DNA of 56,637 bases, the filler included, from Bipalium vagum (Eukaryota), in NCBI GenBank assembly GCA_037834085.1. It is 3 parts of 3 records of this genome, joined end to end, with 100 filler letters (N's around TTAATTAATTAA, not from the genome) between each part and the next. Parts side by side here need not be neighbours in the genome. Positions count along the whole stretch, not along the records: positions 18,889 to 37,870 come from JBBMKC010014125.1; positions 37,971 to 56,637 come from JBBMKC010022917.1; 1 more part is not named here. The stretch is one strand, 5' to 3'. Position numbers and translations under genes: made by a program. The notes under the pieces were generated by a model. It was not told where the DNA came from. It was given only the letters and a program-made list of their open reading frames with translations, and did no database searches. This document shows, one piece after another, positions 34,681 through 47,300 of the stretch (the first letter of the stretch is position 1; every line of letters begins with the position of its first letter).

Positions 34681-35796
34681 AATTTTAAAAATTCTAATAA
34701 TAATAATTTCTAACAATTTCTTTTTAAAAATTGAAGTTAAAAAATAAAATAATTAATAAGTAAATCCTTCTCACCACTAACTTTATAATATTTTCTTTTA
34801 TTCTTTTTATTGTTTTCTGAATAACTTGATACTACTTCGCTCTAGGCGACAGAATACGTATTTTGATAACAAGACTTCTTCGACCATCAGAGGGTCAAGA
34901 AAGTAATTTATTAATTAAATAATTATAGATTGTGTTTTTGAATATGTTAAGTTTCACTAAAAAGATGATAAAAATGATATTAAATTGATTATTAAATTTT
35001 AAATGGGTTAAGAATATTGGTAGTGAACTTTTAAGGAACTTAACATAAAATATATGTAAATGCAGAAGGATTTAGTGCGCGTAAGTTCGAAGTTAAAATT
35101 TGAGTGACAATAAAAATGTTGATTACAAACTTTGAACCTTTTAAACTTTTTAACAAATATTGATTGCAAAACTTTTTAACTTTTAAACTGATAAATTTTT
35201 ACTCTTTTAAAACGATAAACCTTTAATCAATCAACTGAGTTAACAACTTGTTTTATAAAATATATTTGGTATAAATCTGACAACTTTATTTTTAGTACAA
35301 TTTTACTTTGGAGTTAAAACCCAAGATAAGGAGTTAAGAGAAAAGTCAGATCACCCTTCGGTATCTTACTCTCAAGAGACCTCAGTTAAAAATTCGGTTC
35401 TCCTTCCTACTAGACACAAAAAAATTAATTACTGGGAATCAAGAAAAAAATTAACAATTATTTGATCCTAAGGTATTGGAGTAGCTTTCCAATCCTTAGT
35501 ATTTATTTAATTTAATTAATAACTTATAATTCGTAATCGAATTATAGCTTTTTAATTTTGTTTTTTAATTAATAGTTTTTAATTGATTATCGGTTCACCT
35601 GTGATCAATGTGAAACCCAAAAATTATTTTATTTTTATTTAATTTAATAACAATAAAAGTCTATTTAGATTTGTATTCAAATCTAATAAACTTATCAAAA
35701 TAAAATAATTTATTAAGTGTTGGAGTTTTCTCCTTGAAGCTGGTCACTGCGACGAATTGTTTAATAGTCCGTTATTTGTCCTAGATTAGAGTCTGA

Positions 35797-35880
35797 TGCT
35801 TTCCTCTGGCTATTTGCGTCTAAAGCTTCCTTCTGGATTATTCGCGTCTAGTGCTTTCTTCGGCTTTATTTGCGTCTGTT
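35797..35880. repeat. Three imperfect ~28-bp tandem repeats
   Basis: GCTTTCCTCTGGCTATTTGCGTCT / GCTTCCTTCTGGATTATTCGCGTCT / GCTTTCTTCGGCTTTATTTGCGTCT. Confidence 0.75.
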
Positions 35881-36489
35881 GCGTCCTTCTGATTATTTTT
35901 TATCCGAGTTTTGATTGTCGGTTTGAGTCCGTTTTGCTCTTTCTAGAGTTTGAATTTGTGTTGATTTTTTGTGTGTCTTGATACTGAAACACTTCAGTAT
36001 TTATATTATTTTAGTTTTTTGTATTTTTAATTATAGTAACTTTATGTTACTTTTTTAGAATTCACCTTAAAAAATTATAATATTAGTTTATGTATAGTAA
36101 AATTTATTAAAATTTTTATTGAAAAAATTATTTATTGTGACTTTATGTTGCTAAACAATTTTTTTCCAATTATTTTATAAATTAATCATCAAAATGATTA
36201 TATTTTAATTAATTATAATTATAATAATAATTTTTATATTTTATATATTATTTCATTATTTTTACTATAATTTTATATTTCATCTTTTATTTTATATTTT
36301 AAACAGATATGAAGGAAAATTAATTAAACTCCGGGTTTTAACTTTACATAAAAATAAAAATTATATTTACATAAAAATAAATATATATTTGTAAACGACT
36401 CAAAAACACAAATATAAAGAGAACACAAAAAACACTAAAACACTAGAATGTTTTTCAAAACACTATATTGTTATTTATTGTTTTTTCAA

Positions 36490-36560
36490 GAATTTGAAAC
36501 TGAATTTGGGACTGAATTTGGGACTGAATTTGGGATTGAATTTGGGACTGAATTTGGGAC
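36490..36560. repeat. 12-bp tandem repeat (GAATTTGGGACT) x ~6
   Basis: Visible directly. Confidence 0.9.
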
Positions 36561-37534
36561 CGGGTCTGGAAGTCTCCATAAATATAAATTTATATACAAG
36601 ATCGAACCTTGCAATTGTGATAACAAATGTACATTATTTTTGTTAATCGCTTTGTTTATTCGTCATTCTTTTATTATTGTTGGGTTTGCCAAAGGCACAA
36701 ACCGAAAAAGAGAAATAATAATTATTATTGTTATTATATTTATAATAATAATATTAATATTAATTATAAAAAATAAAACTTACATTTCAAAAAATTACTA
36801 AAAGTAATTTATCAAAATCTCAACGATCGTACACTGAAATATTTTTGAAAATTTTGGAAGATTATTCGTTATTATTAACGAGAAGTTCAAAAAGATTGTT
36901 CGTAATTATTCTCGTTTATATTCAGATGATTATGCCACATGATTATACAAGGGGACCAGCGAGCTTGGGAATCCCTAGGTGACTTGAAAAGGACTTGATG
37001 GATGTCCCGGGGACCCCTTGTCTCTCCGGGTGAGTATTATTGAATTTTGTTTTTTTATTATTCGTTATTCTTGTTTTAGTAATAATCCAAATTGGATTTT
37101 TGTGTTAATTTTCATATATTGTATTTTGCTTTTAACTATTTCATTTGATTTGACATTTTCATATATTTTTTTATTCTGACGTTTGATCGATTTTATGATA
37201 GTAACTTTACCGAAGTTTGATTCTTTTGAGTATTATTTAGGGTTTTTTTTGTACGACGGATGAATTTTTTATCAGATTATTTTGATTTAATTGGGGTGCG
37301 AATAAAATATTATTGTGAGAGTTTTGACTCAATAGAGTTAAATTTGTGTATCTATATTAGTAAACGAACATAGCATTATAAAGTGAGGATTTATCGATAT
37401 TCCAGCGAAAGTTACTGTTTCAGTTTAAGGTACAATGATAGTAACATTATTAACATTTCCTTCGAGGAAGTTGGTGAGCCCAGAGATAAGCCCCTTGTAA
37501 CTGTGGAGACAAATCAGCTAGAAACTTACAGGAA

Positions 37535-37830
37535 CATGGTCCTGTTATTTAAACATATGCGACGAATTATACGATTGAACGTTTACTTATTTTTTGGTGG
37601 TCGTTCACTGCGTTTCCTATCCTCATACAACTTTTTTATAATTTTTTTGTATGCCACGTTTTGAAACCTCGACTCCATGCCTAACTTTCAAAATTTCCTT
37701 TATGCTACCAGTAGCATGCTCTTCTTTCATCAACTCAACGATAATAATTCGGTATATCATATCTTATATTTCTGTTTTCCATTTTTCTAAAATATATACA
37801 GTTTGGTCCAACGAATTGTCCACCCCCTGA
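37535..37830 (-). mobile_element. Tc1-like transposase N-terminal relic with an adjacent Tc1-type TIR
   Basis: Minus strand IIIVELMKEEH...GVEVSKRGIQK...EDRKRSERPPK...RIIRRICLNNR (D..RSGRP.K linker). TA-CAGTTTGGTCCAACGAATTGTCCACCCCCTG at 37797-37829. Confidence 0.65.
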
Positions 37831-37870
37831 TAAAACAGAAAAAATCCGATAATAACATTTATTAATAAAT

Positions 37871-37970
37871 NNNNNNNNNNNNNNNNNNNNNNNNNNNNNN
37901 NNNNNNNNNNNNNNTTAATTAATTAANNNNNNNNNNNNNNNNNNNNNNNNNNNNNNNNNNNNNNNNNNNN
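37871..37970. other. Artificial contig linker N44-TTAATTAATTAA-N44
   Basis: Identical to 18789-18888. Confidence 0.95.
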
Positions 37971-38044
37971 CTCATTAAACAACCTGGTTATGCAATCTTC
38001 CGACTATACAACCATGTCGACACGAAACTTACGTGGACATCCGA

Positions 38045-38120
38045 TCTGTTTTCTTTATTTACTTTTAATTATTAAAATTATTTTCTGTTTTCTTTATTTA
38101 CTCTTAATTATTAAAATTAT
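38045..38120. repeat. ~38-bp tandem duplication
   Basis: TCTGTTTTCTTTATTTACT(T/C)TTAATTATTAAAATTAT twice. Confidence 0.8.
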
Positions 38121-38370
38121 CAGTAAACTTTTTATTTTAATCATCAGATTTTTTACATGTTTTTTTTATTTTCAATGTGAATAAAATTTAAAAATTTTTA
38201 GTATAGATGAGTACAGTTCATTTAAATATCTATTTGTTTTATCTGCTTATTTGAAGGTCATTTTATTTTATTTTTATAATATGAAGTTTTTTTAATGTAG
38301 AAAGTTATGAAAATTGTTTTTTAATGATATATTTTAAAATTATTTTTCACCATATTTTATTGTTTTAAGT

Positions 38371-41300
38371 ATGGACATCCCCAAATCAAATAAATTATCA
38401 CTGATTGATGACAGAAGTAGACATTCAGAACTGTTAAATCGACTGAATAACTTGAGGATATCCAAGGCATTTTGTGATGTCACTCTAATAGTTGAAAATA
38501 AAGAATTCATGGCTCACAAAGTTATTTTGGCTTCATCGAGTGATTATTTTCTCGCTAAATTTACTGAAGACTTTAAGTGTGACAGATTGTCAATAAATAT
38601 GGACAAAGATATTTTCGATCTTTTATTGAATTATTTTTATACCTCAAAGTAAGTCAGTTTCAAATTGCTTAATCATCCTTAGTGGCAGTTCAGTTTAATT
38701 GTATCCAAAGAAAAGGTTCCACAACTGTTTGCAGCTGCGAAATATTTGAAAGTTCGTCGTGTAGTTAAAGTTTGTGGTCAGTTTTTAACAAAGTTTTTAT
38801 CTTTAGATAATATAATTGGTAATATTTTTAAAAAATATTTTTGTTTAATGTTGTAATTTAAAAGATGTACGTGAGTCTATTGCTTTAAATGACAGTGAAG
38901 AATTGTGCAAAGCAGCTGATTGTTTTATCAAGGAAAATATGGCCAACATTATATCAATGGGAAACATTATCAAATTAAATATGGATATAATTGGTATATT
39001 TTTTCGATTTTCAATTGATTTTTTTTATAAACGAGCATATGATTTTTCTTAAGTTCAGGGGTTTCATGTTTAAACATAAACTTCATTTTAATATCTTCAT
39101 TTTATCAATATTTTATTTTATTGAATAATTTTTTTTTATTTTAATTAAAAAGACAAATTTGACAGTATTGTCGTTTTTTTTTGCTCTTTTTAAATTGAGA
39201 CAGTTTGATTCAAATTAATTTTTTATGTGAGACTTTAAATCAGTTTCAGTTTTACTGGTTAGAACAAAGTATCTGTCGTCACTCATTTTTACGATTTGGG
39301 TGTACATATCACCCACCACTTTAATGACTAAAAATGGCTCTCAGAATGACTTGCAGTTTAATTACGCATCAAATGTCTTTATCACTGAATCGTGTCTCTA
39401 TATACATATCGGAAATTGTTCATATATCCATACACTTTATTAAAACCGATTACATAATTGATTTTATTTCGCTTTTAAGTTAGTCGATAAAATGATTCTG
39501 TTCGATATAACATTTTCTCCTTAACCAGAATCTTTCGGATATGTTCTATTTTTAAAATTATCCAATCATGTTTTGTAATTTGAAAATATTTAACTTTAGC
39601 ACTATTGATTTTTTCAAGTAGTAACATCAATTTAATTTTGAAATATTTTTCTGGTTATAATTATGTGAAATTTTGAGATTTCAGTATGAGGAATTTTTAA
39701 TTAAATTAAATTAAATAATATATATAATAGTCATCCTATCCTCTTCTGGGTTCATCTGATAACTGGTTTCTTATCTATCGAGTTTTTTGCTAAGATATGA
39801 GTCCTGTTACGAGACACATTACTGATGGATTGTCTTAAAACATTCTTCTTTTGGAAATAATTAAAATTATACTGCTTAAATATAGTGATATTTCTATATT
39901 GGAATAATGCAAAAAACATGGAAAAATTAGAATAACGTGTTTATCCAAGTGACTTGGTCATCATAATCTTTTTTGGTTTCTTTTTCTATTTTTTAAAATC
40001 GTTTTTTTTTCATCTGTAGTCTTATTTGCTTATGGCATGATGATTATAAAAAATCATAAGTTAAAAATCGTACAATTTTTTATAAAATTGACAGAATATT
40101 TTAATACATATTTAAATTTTAAATGAAATTAATAAAGAATTGAAAATCTCATGTTATGTCAATTTAATTTTTACACGTATTACAAGATCTCTTTTGTAAA
40201 ACTAATAATTATTCGTTTAACTTAAACTTTAAAATAGAAATATATCAATTGGGGTCTAAATATCGAGATTTTTTCTTCTCTAACATTCAAATTTTTTATA
40301 AACGATTCCGTGATTGAATTTTTGTTCCATAGCAATGTATTACAATTGTTTCTATTACACTTATCCTAACAATCTCTCTACTCACTAGATCGAGGAATTC
40401 CCCTGATCGAAATAACCAGATAGAATTCGACAAAATCATCTCTTGGTTTTTACTTTTTGATTAATTGTGATCGTCGAAAATTTTCACTCAGGTACAAAAA
40501 AATCTAAAGATGTTCTGGTTTTAAATTGACCTGCAAAATATTGTTTTTCAAACGAGATATTTAAACATTATTTTTCTTGATTTTTTAATTGAAAAATTGA
40601 TTATTCATCTAAACATATTATGTATCAGAAATCAATTGTTAACACGAGGAACAGTTTTATTATTTTATCTTGTTGGACCAGTGTAAATATTGACAATAAT
40701 AATCTACAAAAAATGAAAGAAAAATTACTGTTAATGTGAATATCAAAGAGTCTTTATTTTGTTTGTTTAATATATTATAATTATTTAAAATATTATAATT
40801 AATTTTGATGAAATCGAATATTTAAATTTTTTCAAACCATAAATAATAATTTTTGAGTTTTTTATTTACATCTTTTTTATAGTTTTCTCTCTAAACAACA
40901 ATAGAGATTCTCTTAAGCTTTTCTAATTTTTGCCTCCAGTGATCCTTTTCATTTTCGGTGGAGAATCATTAAACTTTCAATAATATTTGGTAAATATTAA
41001 AAGTCTATTCAAGATTTTTTCGAGATGAAAAAAGTTTATTTATATGATTTTATCTTAAAATAATTTATTTATTAATATTTGATTTGTTTTAAATTTTTGA
41101 TTTTTTTCGATTTAAAATTTCAAACTATCAATCAATAAAATAAATTTTAATTTCATAAATGCGGGAATATAAAATGGTGAGTAATTTTGTTTATTTAGAC
41201 ATTTTTCTCAATTTAAATATTTTTATTTTTGATGAAATAATGTTCCGATTTATTTTTATTTTTCATCTTAATATTTATTTTAGACAATTTATTTATTTAC

Positions 41301-44300
41301 GTAATAAACGTTTAGAAAATGTGAATTTTTAAAGTTAATTAAATTTAATTAATATTATCAAATTTTTGTTGTGGAAAAAATTTTTTTTTGTTATCATATC
41401 TTTTATTTTTGCTTTCTAATTGTTGTTGATTTAATTTAGTAAAATTTGAACACAAGAATTTGTTTATTTTTCGTTTGTCTGTTATTTGTTCCTAAAAATA
41501 TTTAACTTTAATTTTCCCATTTAATAACCAGTAGTTATACAAGTTATTGACTTCTGGATATCAGACATTGATGATTTTCTTTAGAAAAATCTATAAAAAA
41601 AATTTTCAATCTAACTTTATTTTTTTCATCTTAATATTTGAAACGAGAAAAATAAAAAATATTAGTGAAAAAGAATTTAATTTTATAAATTATAAATATT
41701 AAAGTTAAAAAAAATAAGTATCGACTATATATAATCTTTAAATATTTAAAAATTTTAGTTTTATTAAGATCGAAAGAGTTCACTGGGTCAAGTTATCAGC
41801 TTAATATGCTTTATTATTCAAGCCATTTAAAACCAGAATTATTGAAATTAATTGTTAAAATTTCCCTAACACTTTGATGATTTATACTTCATCGGACAAG
41901 TTCTACTGGTTTAATTTAAGTAAAATCTCTATCTATTGACAACTAAATTTTTTGTCATTATAAAGAACAAAATAAAAAATTAATAATATTATAGTTCCCA
42001 TAAAATAATTCAAATTTGATTTTAGACACATTACATGATCTGATTCGTTGAGTGACTACATTACTAAAAATGGTTTTGACAAGTGAAATGTCTGATTTTT
42101 TTGCAAAATGCCATAAGAAATGTTTTATATATATTTAACCGTCTGAAGTCATTTTTTTATGTATTGTCTGTTAGAATGTCAATCAAGTATTATTGTATTC
42201 ACAATAAAGGTTCGAGATCTGATTTTGTTTGTTGATAATCCTATTTCATTTTAAATTATTCCACTTTAGATAACTAAGATTAATTATAAATTAAATGATT
42301 TAAATGTGATATGTTAAAAACTGTTTTACAGAAAAGAAATAGTGGAAAATTGAATTTTCAGTTTAAGTACATTAAAGTACTTGAGACGATTTTTATTGAT
42401 TGATATTGAAATATACTAAAGGAACTAAATATACATTTCTTAAAATAGATTGGTAAATTCCTTTTAGAGACTGTATAAGGTATTGTTTACTTATATTCTT
42501 ACTTTCAGATAATTATTTAATGACAATTTATTTACAAAATTTTAATTTTTGTTTCTAATAATTAATAAGTGAGAAAAAATATTAATCATTATCGAACAAT
42601 ATTGTATTCGATTTTAATGTTTTTTGAGACTTATTCTTATTATTTTGTATTTTTTCCTATTTAGATTTGATCAATTACTAATTTTATATATAAATAATTT
42701 TTACTTAATTCGTTCAATTAAAAATTTTCACTTCTCAAATTAATTCTTTTATTCCTACTTATTATTTCCTTGTCTTTTTTTAAATAAGTTTCAGTAAACC
42801 AACAGAGTAATAGTTATGGTGGTCTTAAACTGATTGTAAATGTCAAAGCTGTATCTAAGGTCCAGTGACTTTTCTATAAAAATTTCCGTTGGTAGTTAAT
42901 TGGTAACAATATCAAAGTTTAATATTTATTATTTATTGATTTCTTTTCTTGCATAAACTTGATTTTTTTGGATTTTTCAATCATTATTAAATATTATATT
43001 AAATTTTTTAACTAGAAAAATCTTCACTGGTCTGTAAAAGATAACAATTTTGTTGAATCTACTGTTTGAAACTTCCGATTCGATTCAGTGATTGATGTTA
43101 TGAAATTATCTTAAATAAATTAAATGACTTAAAATATTTGAAAATATTCTATGGGGAGGGATTATTAATTTTGAACTATGTAAAAGATTATATTATATAA
43201 TGAAAATAAATAATAATCATAATCATAAATTATATGCTTTGCGTTAGAATTATTGAAATAGTTTCTTTATATCTGTAATCCTTTCAATGTTAAAAAGATA
43301 TAAGGTACTAGAAGGATTTAAGGTCTCATATTAGTTAATTCAGTTGCAAAATGCGTTGAGATAGTTTTTTAGGGTTATAGAGAAAATATGTTAAAATTAT
43401 TTTTGCTACTCTGGTATATATAAATCTGGCTAGGAGGGATAGCGCAGTTTCATGCCTCCTATTCTTTTTCATATATATAAATATATAAACAAGAATAGGA
43501 GGCATGAAACTGCGCTATCCCTCCTAGCCAGATTTAAGAAGATTTTCTGCACAAGATCGTTACTGGAGATGAGAAATGGATCTATTACGAAAACCCCAAG
43601 CGAAGAAAATCTTAAGTCTGTCCAAATACACAGCCAAAGTTGTACTGTGTATTTGATGAGACTACCTTGGAGTTGTGTACTGTGAGTTTATGAAACCAGG
43701 ACAAACAATCACATCGGAAACATACAAAACCAATTGAGTCACCTGAAAGAGACTATTGAAAAAAAAGATCATTTAATGGTGCTGGAACTAGGTCTGTAAT
43801 TCTTCTTAATGATAATGCCCGATCAACACACATCAAAGAATACAGTGGACCATATCTCTTTAGGCTGATTCTCAGTTCAAAAAGATTGAATATGTTAAAA
43901 AAATCGATCTCAAATCAAAATCACCATCTTCTTCAGAACCAGCTACCTGAAAAGTAGTTAAAATGCATCGACAATAATGGAGATAATTTCACAGAATAAT
44001 TTGTAGTTATGTATTGTAGAAAAATAGATTTATTTTATCAATCTATTGATATGTAATATTATTAAAAATAAGCACCTTTTCAATTTGTAGACCTAATACA
44101 AATTGTGAAATTTAGTTTCTCTTAAAAATTAAAATTTATTGTTTTACCTGAATATTTTTTTCAAAATTAAAGTTTATTCATTGGTTCATTTCAATCCAAT
44201 ACGCTTCCTTTTCTAAAATAATATTTTCTTTATTTAACTATTTTTAATAATATTTTCATTAATTATAAAATGTAATGCGCAAAACTATTATTTGTAATTT

Positions 44301-47300
44301 TATATTTTTTACTATTCTCAATTAGTTTTTTGTACTTTCAAATTCAAAATTTAATGTTTTGTTCCTCAAAAGAAATTTTGTTAATTTCCTTATACAAATT
44401 TATGTGAAACGAGAAATTTGATAACATTGAATTATTTGTTATTTTTATTATCAATTTTTCTTTATTTTCTCATTGAAAGCGAGAATAAATTTATTTAAAA
44501 TAATAAATTATTAATTTATCATTTTTTAAAGTCCTTTTAAATATTATACAATAAATATTATATAATACTGGTGACATTCTAAAACGAAGAGATGAGAATT
44601 TTTGAGTATAATCTTAATGGAAATATTACGATAAATTTCTGAAACTAATTATAGTCTCTTTGAGAATTAGAAACGTTTCAAAAGAGACAGTTACTTTGAT
44701 AATAATAAAAACAATATAAAAAATATTATTGATAGAATTATAGTATTGGAGCAGAAATTGTTATCTTAAATAATCGAATAATATTACCGTGATCTGTTTG
44801 ATTGATCTTCACTTCTTGTATTGAACAATAATAATCTAAAAATATTATTTTTATAAATATATATTTCTTTGTTTTCGGTTACTTAATTTAGTATTTTTAT
44901 TTCTTTAAATAATAAATCAGATTTATTGTTTGTTATTTATTTTAGTCATCATTTTAAAATAATTATCAACATTTTAGTTTCTCTTATTGATATGGAGTCT
45001 GTTTTTTTTAAAATTTTTATCTAATTCAATTAACAAATTCAATAATTTTTCGTATTGTTCATAATAAATTAAATGAATTATTTAAAATTTTTCTGGAATA
45101 TAAAAGAGTGCCATAAGGAAAAAGTACATTTTAGTAAATCTTTACTGTTTTCTGATCAAAATTATTTCAACTTATATTTAAATAACAGTGTAACATATGT
45201 TCATCATTTTCGAGGAAGAAATTTTAAAAAGTTATTGCTAAAAGATTTATCAATTTATAGGAATATTCAACTTGAAATCAGAGTAATTATTTCATTTAAT
45301 TAATATATAAGAAATATTCTTAAAATAGAACGATGTTGTTATACAAACATTTAGATTATTAATTGAGTAGGGAACTTTGATTTTGATCTCCATTTTAAAC
45401 CATTAATATTAGTTTCAATTAAATTAATAAAATTAATGATAAAAAACAAACTTATCTGTCAATTCATAACCACGAAAGTACTTTTCTTATGATTGGTTGG
45501 TTAGGGGTGTCCATATGAAAGCTTTTCGTACAGGTTAACTTGTCAAAGTAATTGGTGATGAATAAGATTAGATCAAATGATTTCTATTTAGTTTCATTTA
45601 TTAATAATTTGTTTTGATCACTGTAATAAATTTTAAATGGTGATTTATATTAAAATTTCTAATGTTGGATGGGATAGTTAACGTGGAAATTTGATAATAT
45701 AAGTAGAACAAGTTTCACAATTGTTATTACAAAGCGATTTATTATCACATTATGTTATGACAATTTAGAAGAATTTTTATTTATATATAAAAAACTATTC
45801 TTACCTTTGTTTTACTGAATATTGTTAAATATTAAAAATTGATAATTATATACTTAAAACATAATAAGAGATTGAAGGATTTAAAGTTCAAAATATTTTC
45901 ATTTTTAATGTTTTACCGAAATATTTTTTTAATTACCGTCTAATAATATTTTACAATAAAATCTGATCCCTTCTCTTAATCGTTTATCCTTTTTAATGTA
46001 GTTTTAATTTAACTTTGTATAATTAAAACAATATTTATTTCTATTTTATAGTTATTAGGATTATTACAAAAATCGATAAAATAAAGCCAAGGTTATTAAT
46101 TTACGAAATATTGATTAAATAATTTTAAAAAATTTTGCCTCGCCATCTAAAATATCAGAATTCGTTGATTGATTAAAATTCGTAATATAATTTATTGAAT
46201 TACTTTAGGTTCTACGGAAAAGATAGGATTTTTCTCTCTATTATTATCACATTTACAAAATTGAAATTTTATTATTTTTTAATTTTAACTCTAAAATGAT
46301 TTTAACGTTATTAACACATTGATTACCAGACCAATTTAATTTTCACTTAAAACACTATCTCTTTGAAAGATTTCAAGGTACAACTATTATTAGAAAGCCA
46401 AAATATTTTTTTGAGAAGCCGAATTATTATTACACCAACGGTGCTTGTCCCTGACCGTTCACTATGGATAAATATCGACGAATAGAACTAAGTATTCATA
46501 TGTTTTGTCAAAAGACTAAAATTTTCCACAAATCATTATTAAAAATGTTTTACCTTTTAGATTCACCATTATAAAATACCCGGTCTATATAAATAAATCA
46601 TGACTTATTTAAAACACGTGTAGTAATCTTGATAGGTTGCAATTCATTTTGACGTTCGCAAATATAAGTTTGACTTTTACTCATTTTCGTTTGTTATACT
46701 GAATAATTTGAATCAATTTTTAAGAATCTTTAATTTTTTAACTGTAAAGACACTAAAGAAATATTTTAGCTAATTTTTTTAAAAACTGAAATTAAAAAAA
46801 TTGACATTAAATTAAGGAAAGTGGTTTGAAAGTGGCCGTAAATTATTAACAGACAAAATTAAGGCAACAGCTATAGAAAGTAAAAATGACTATTAACGAT
46901 TTTAACAAAATACCTTTAGAGCACCTAATATGCTCTTGTGGACTAAATGGTGTACGGGTTTTAAGTAAAAAATACCAGGTTCCATTTCTTAGTATGGTAT
47001 TTAATATTGTTATTTAAATTTTATTCAGAGTAATTTTTTATCATAGTTTTCTACAATATAATTATGAATTTTACTTCGGAAATAAAAAAAATACCTTAAA
47101 AATTATTAACAGATTGTTGCACTCTTAAAAGAATTTCAAAAATTATCTTTGTAATTTTAAAAATAATTTTTATAATATTTAGAATTGAACATTATCCATC
47201 ACATAAACGAGGTCTGTATTTCTAATTATCAATATCAAACAAGTGATATCTATTTGCAGTAATTTTATTAATTAAAATGAAAAAAATGTAATAAAAATTT

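Larger units (their letters stand above)
34400..37430. mobile_element. 'Element B': diverged terminal/regulatory region related to Polinton element A
   Basis: 36915-37430 aligns in blocks with the reverse complement of 12550-12990 (GC block; GGGTGCG.ATA.AATATT; ACGAACATA...AAAGTGAGGA; GTTACT..TT.AGT.TAA). 34598-34680 repeats the CCAAT/TATA hairpin promoter. No confidently identifiable genes; left boundary uncertain. Confidence 0.6.

Noticed and set aside
36448-36801. 117-aa ORF with EFGT repeats; also considered as a CRISPR-like or telomeric array
   Set aside because: Simple 12-bp tandem repeat plus ATT tracts; no spacers, eukaryotic context, and not TTAGGG.
12550-37430. A single ~25-kb Polinton bounded by the inverted homologous termini and carrying the Ig gene as cargo
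   Set aside because: The two ends are too diverged, with large indels, to be TIRs of one insertion, and an artificial contig linker lies between them. Two related elements is more parsimonious.
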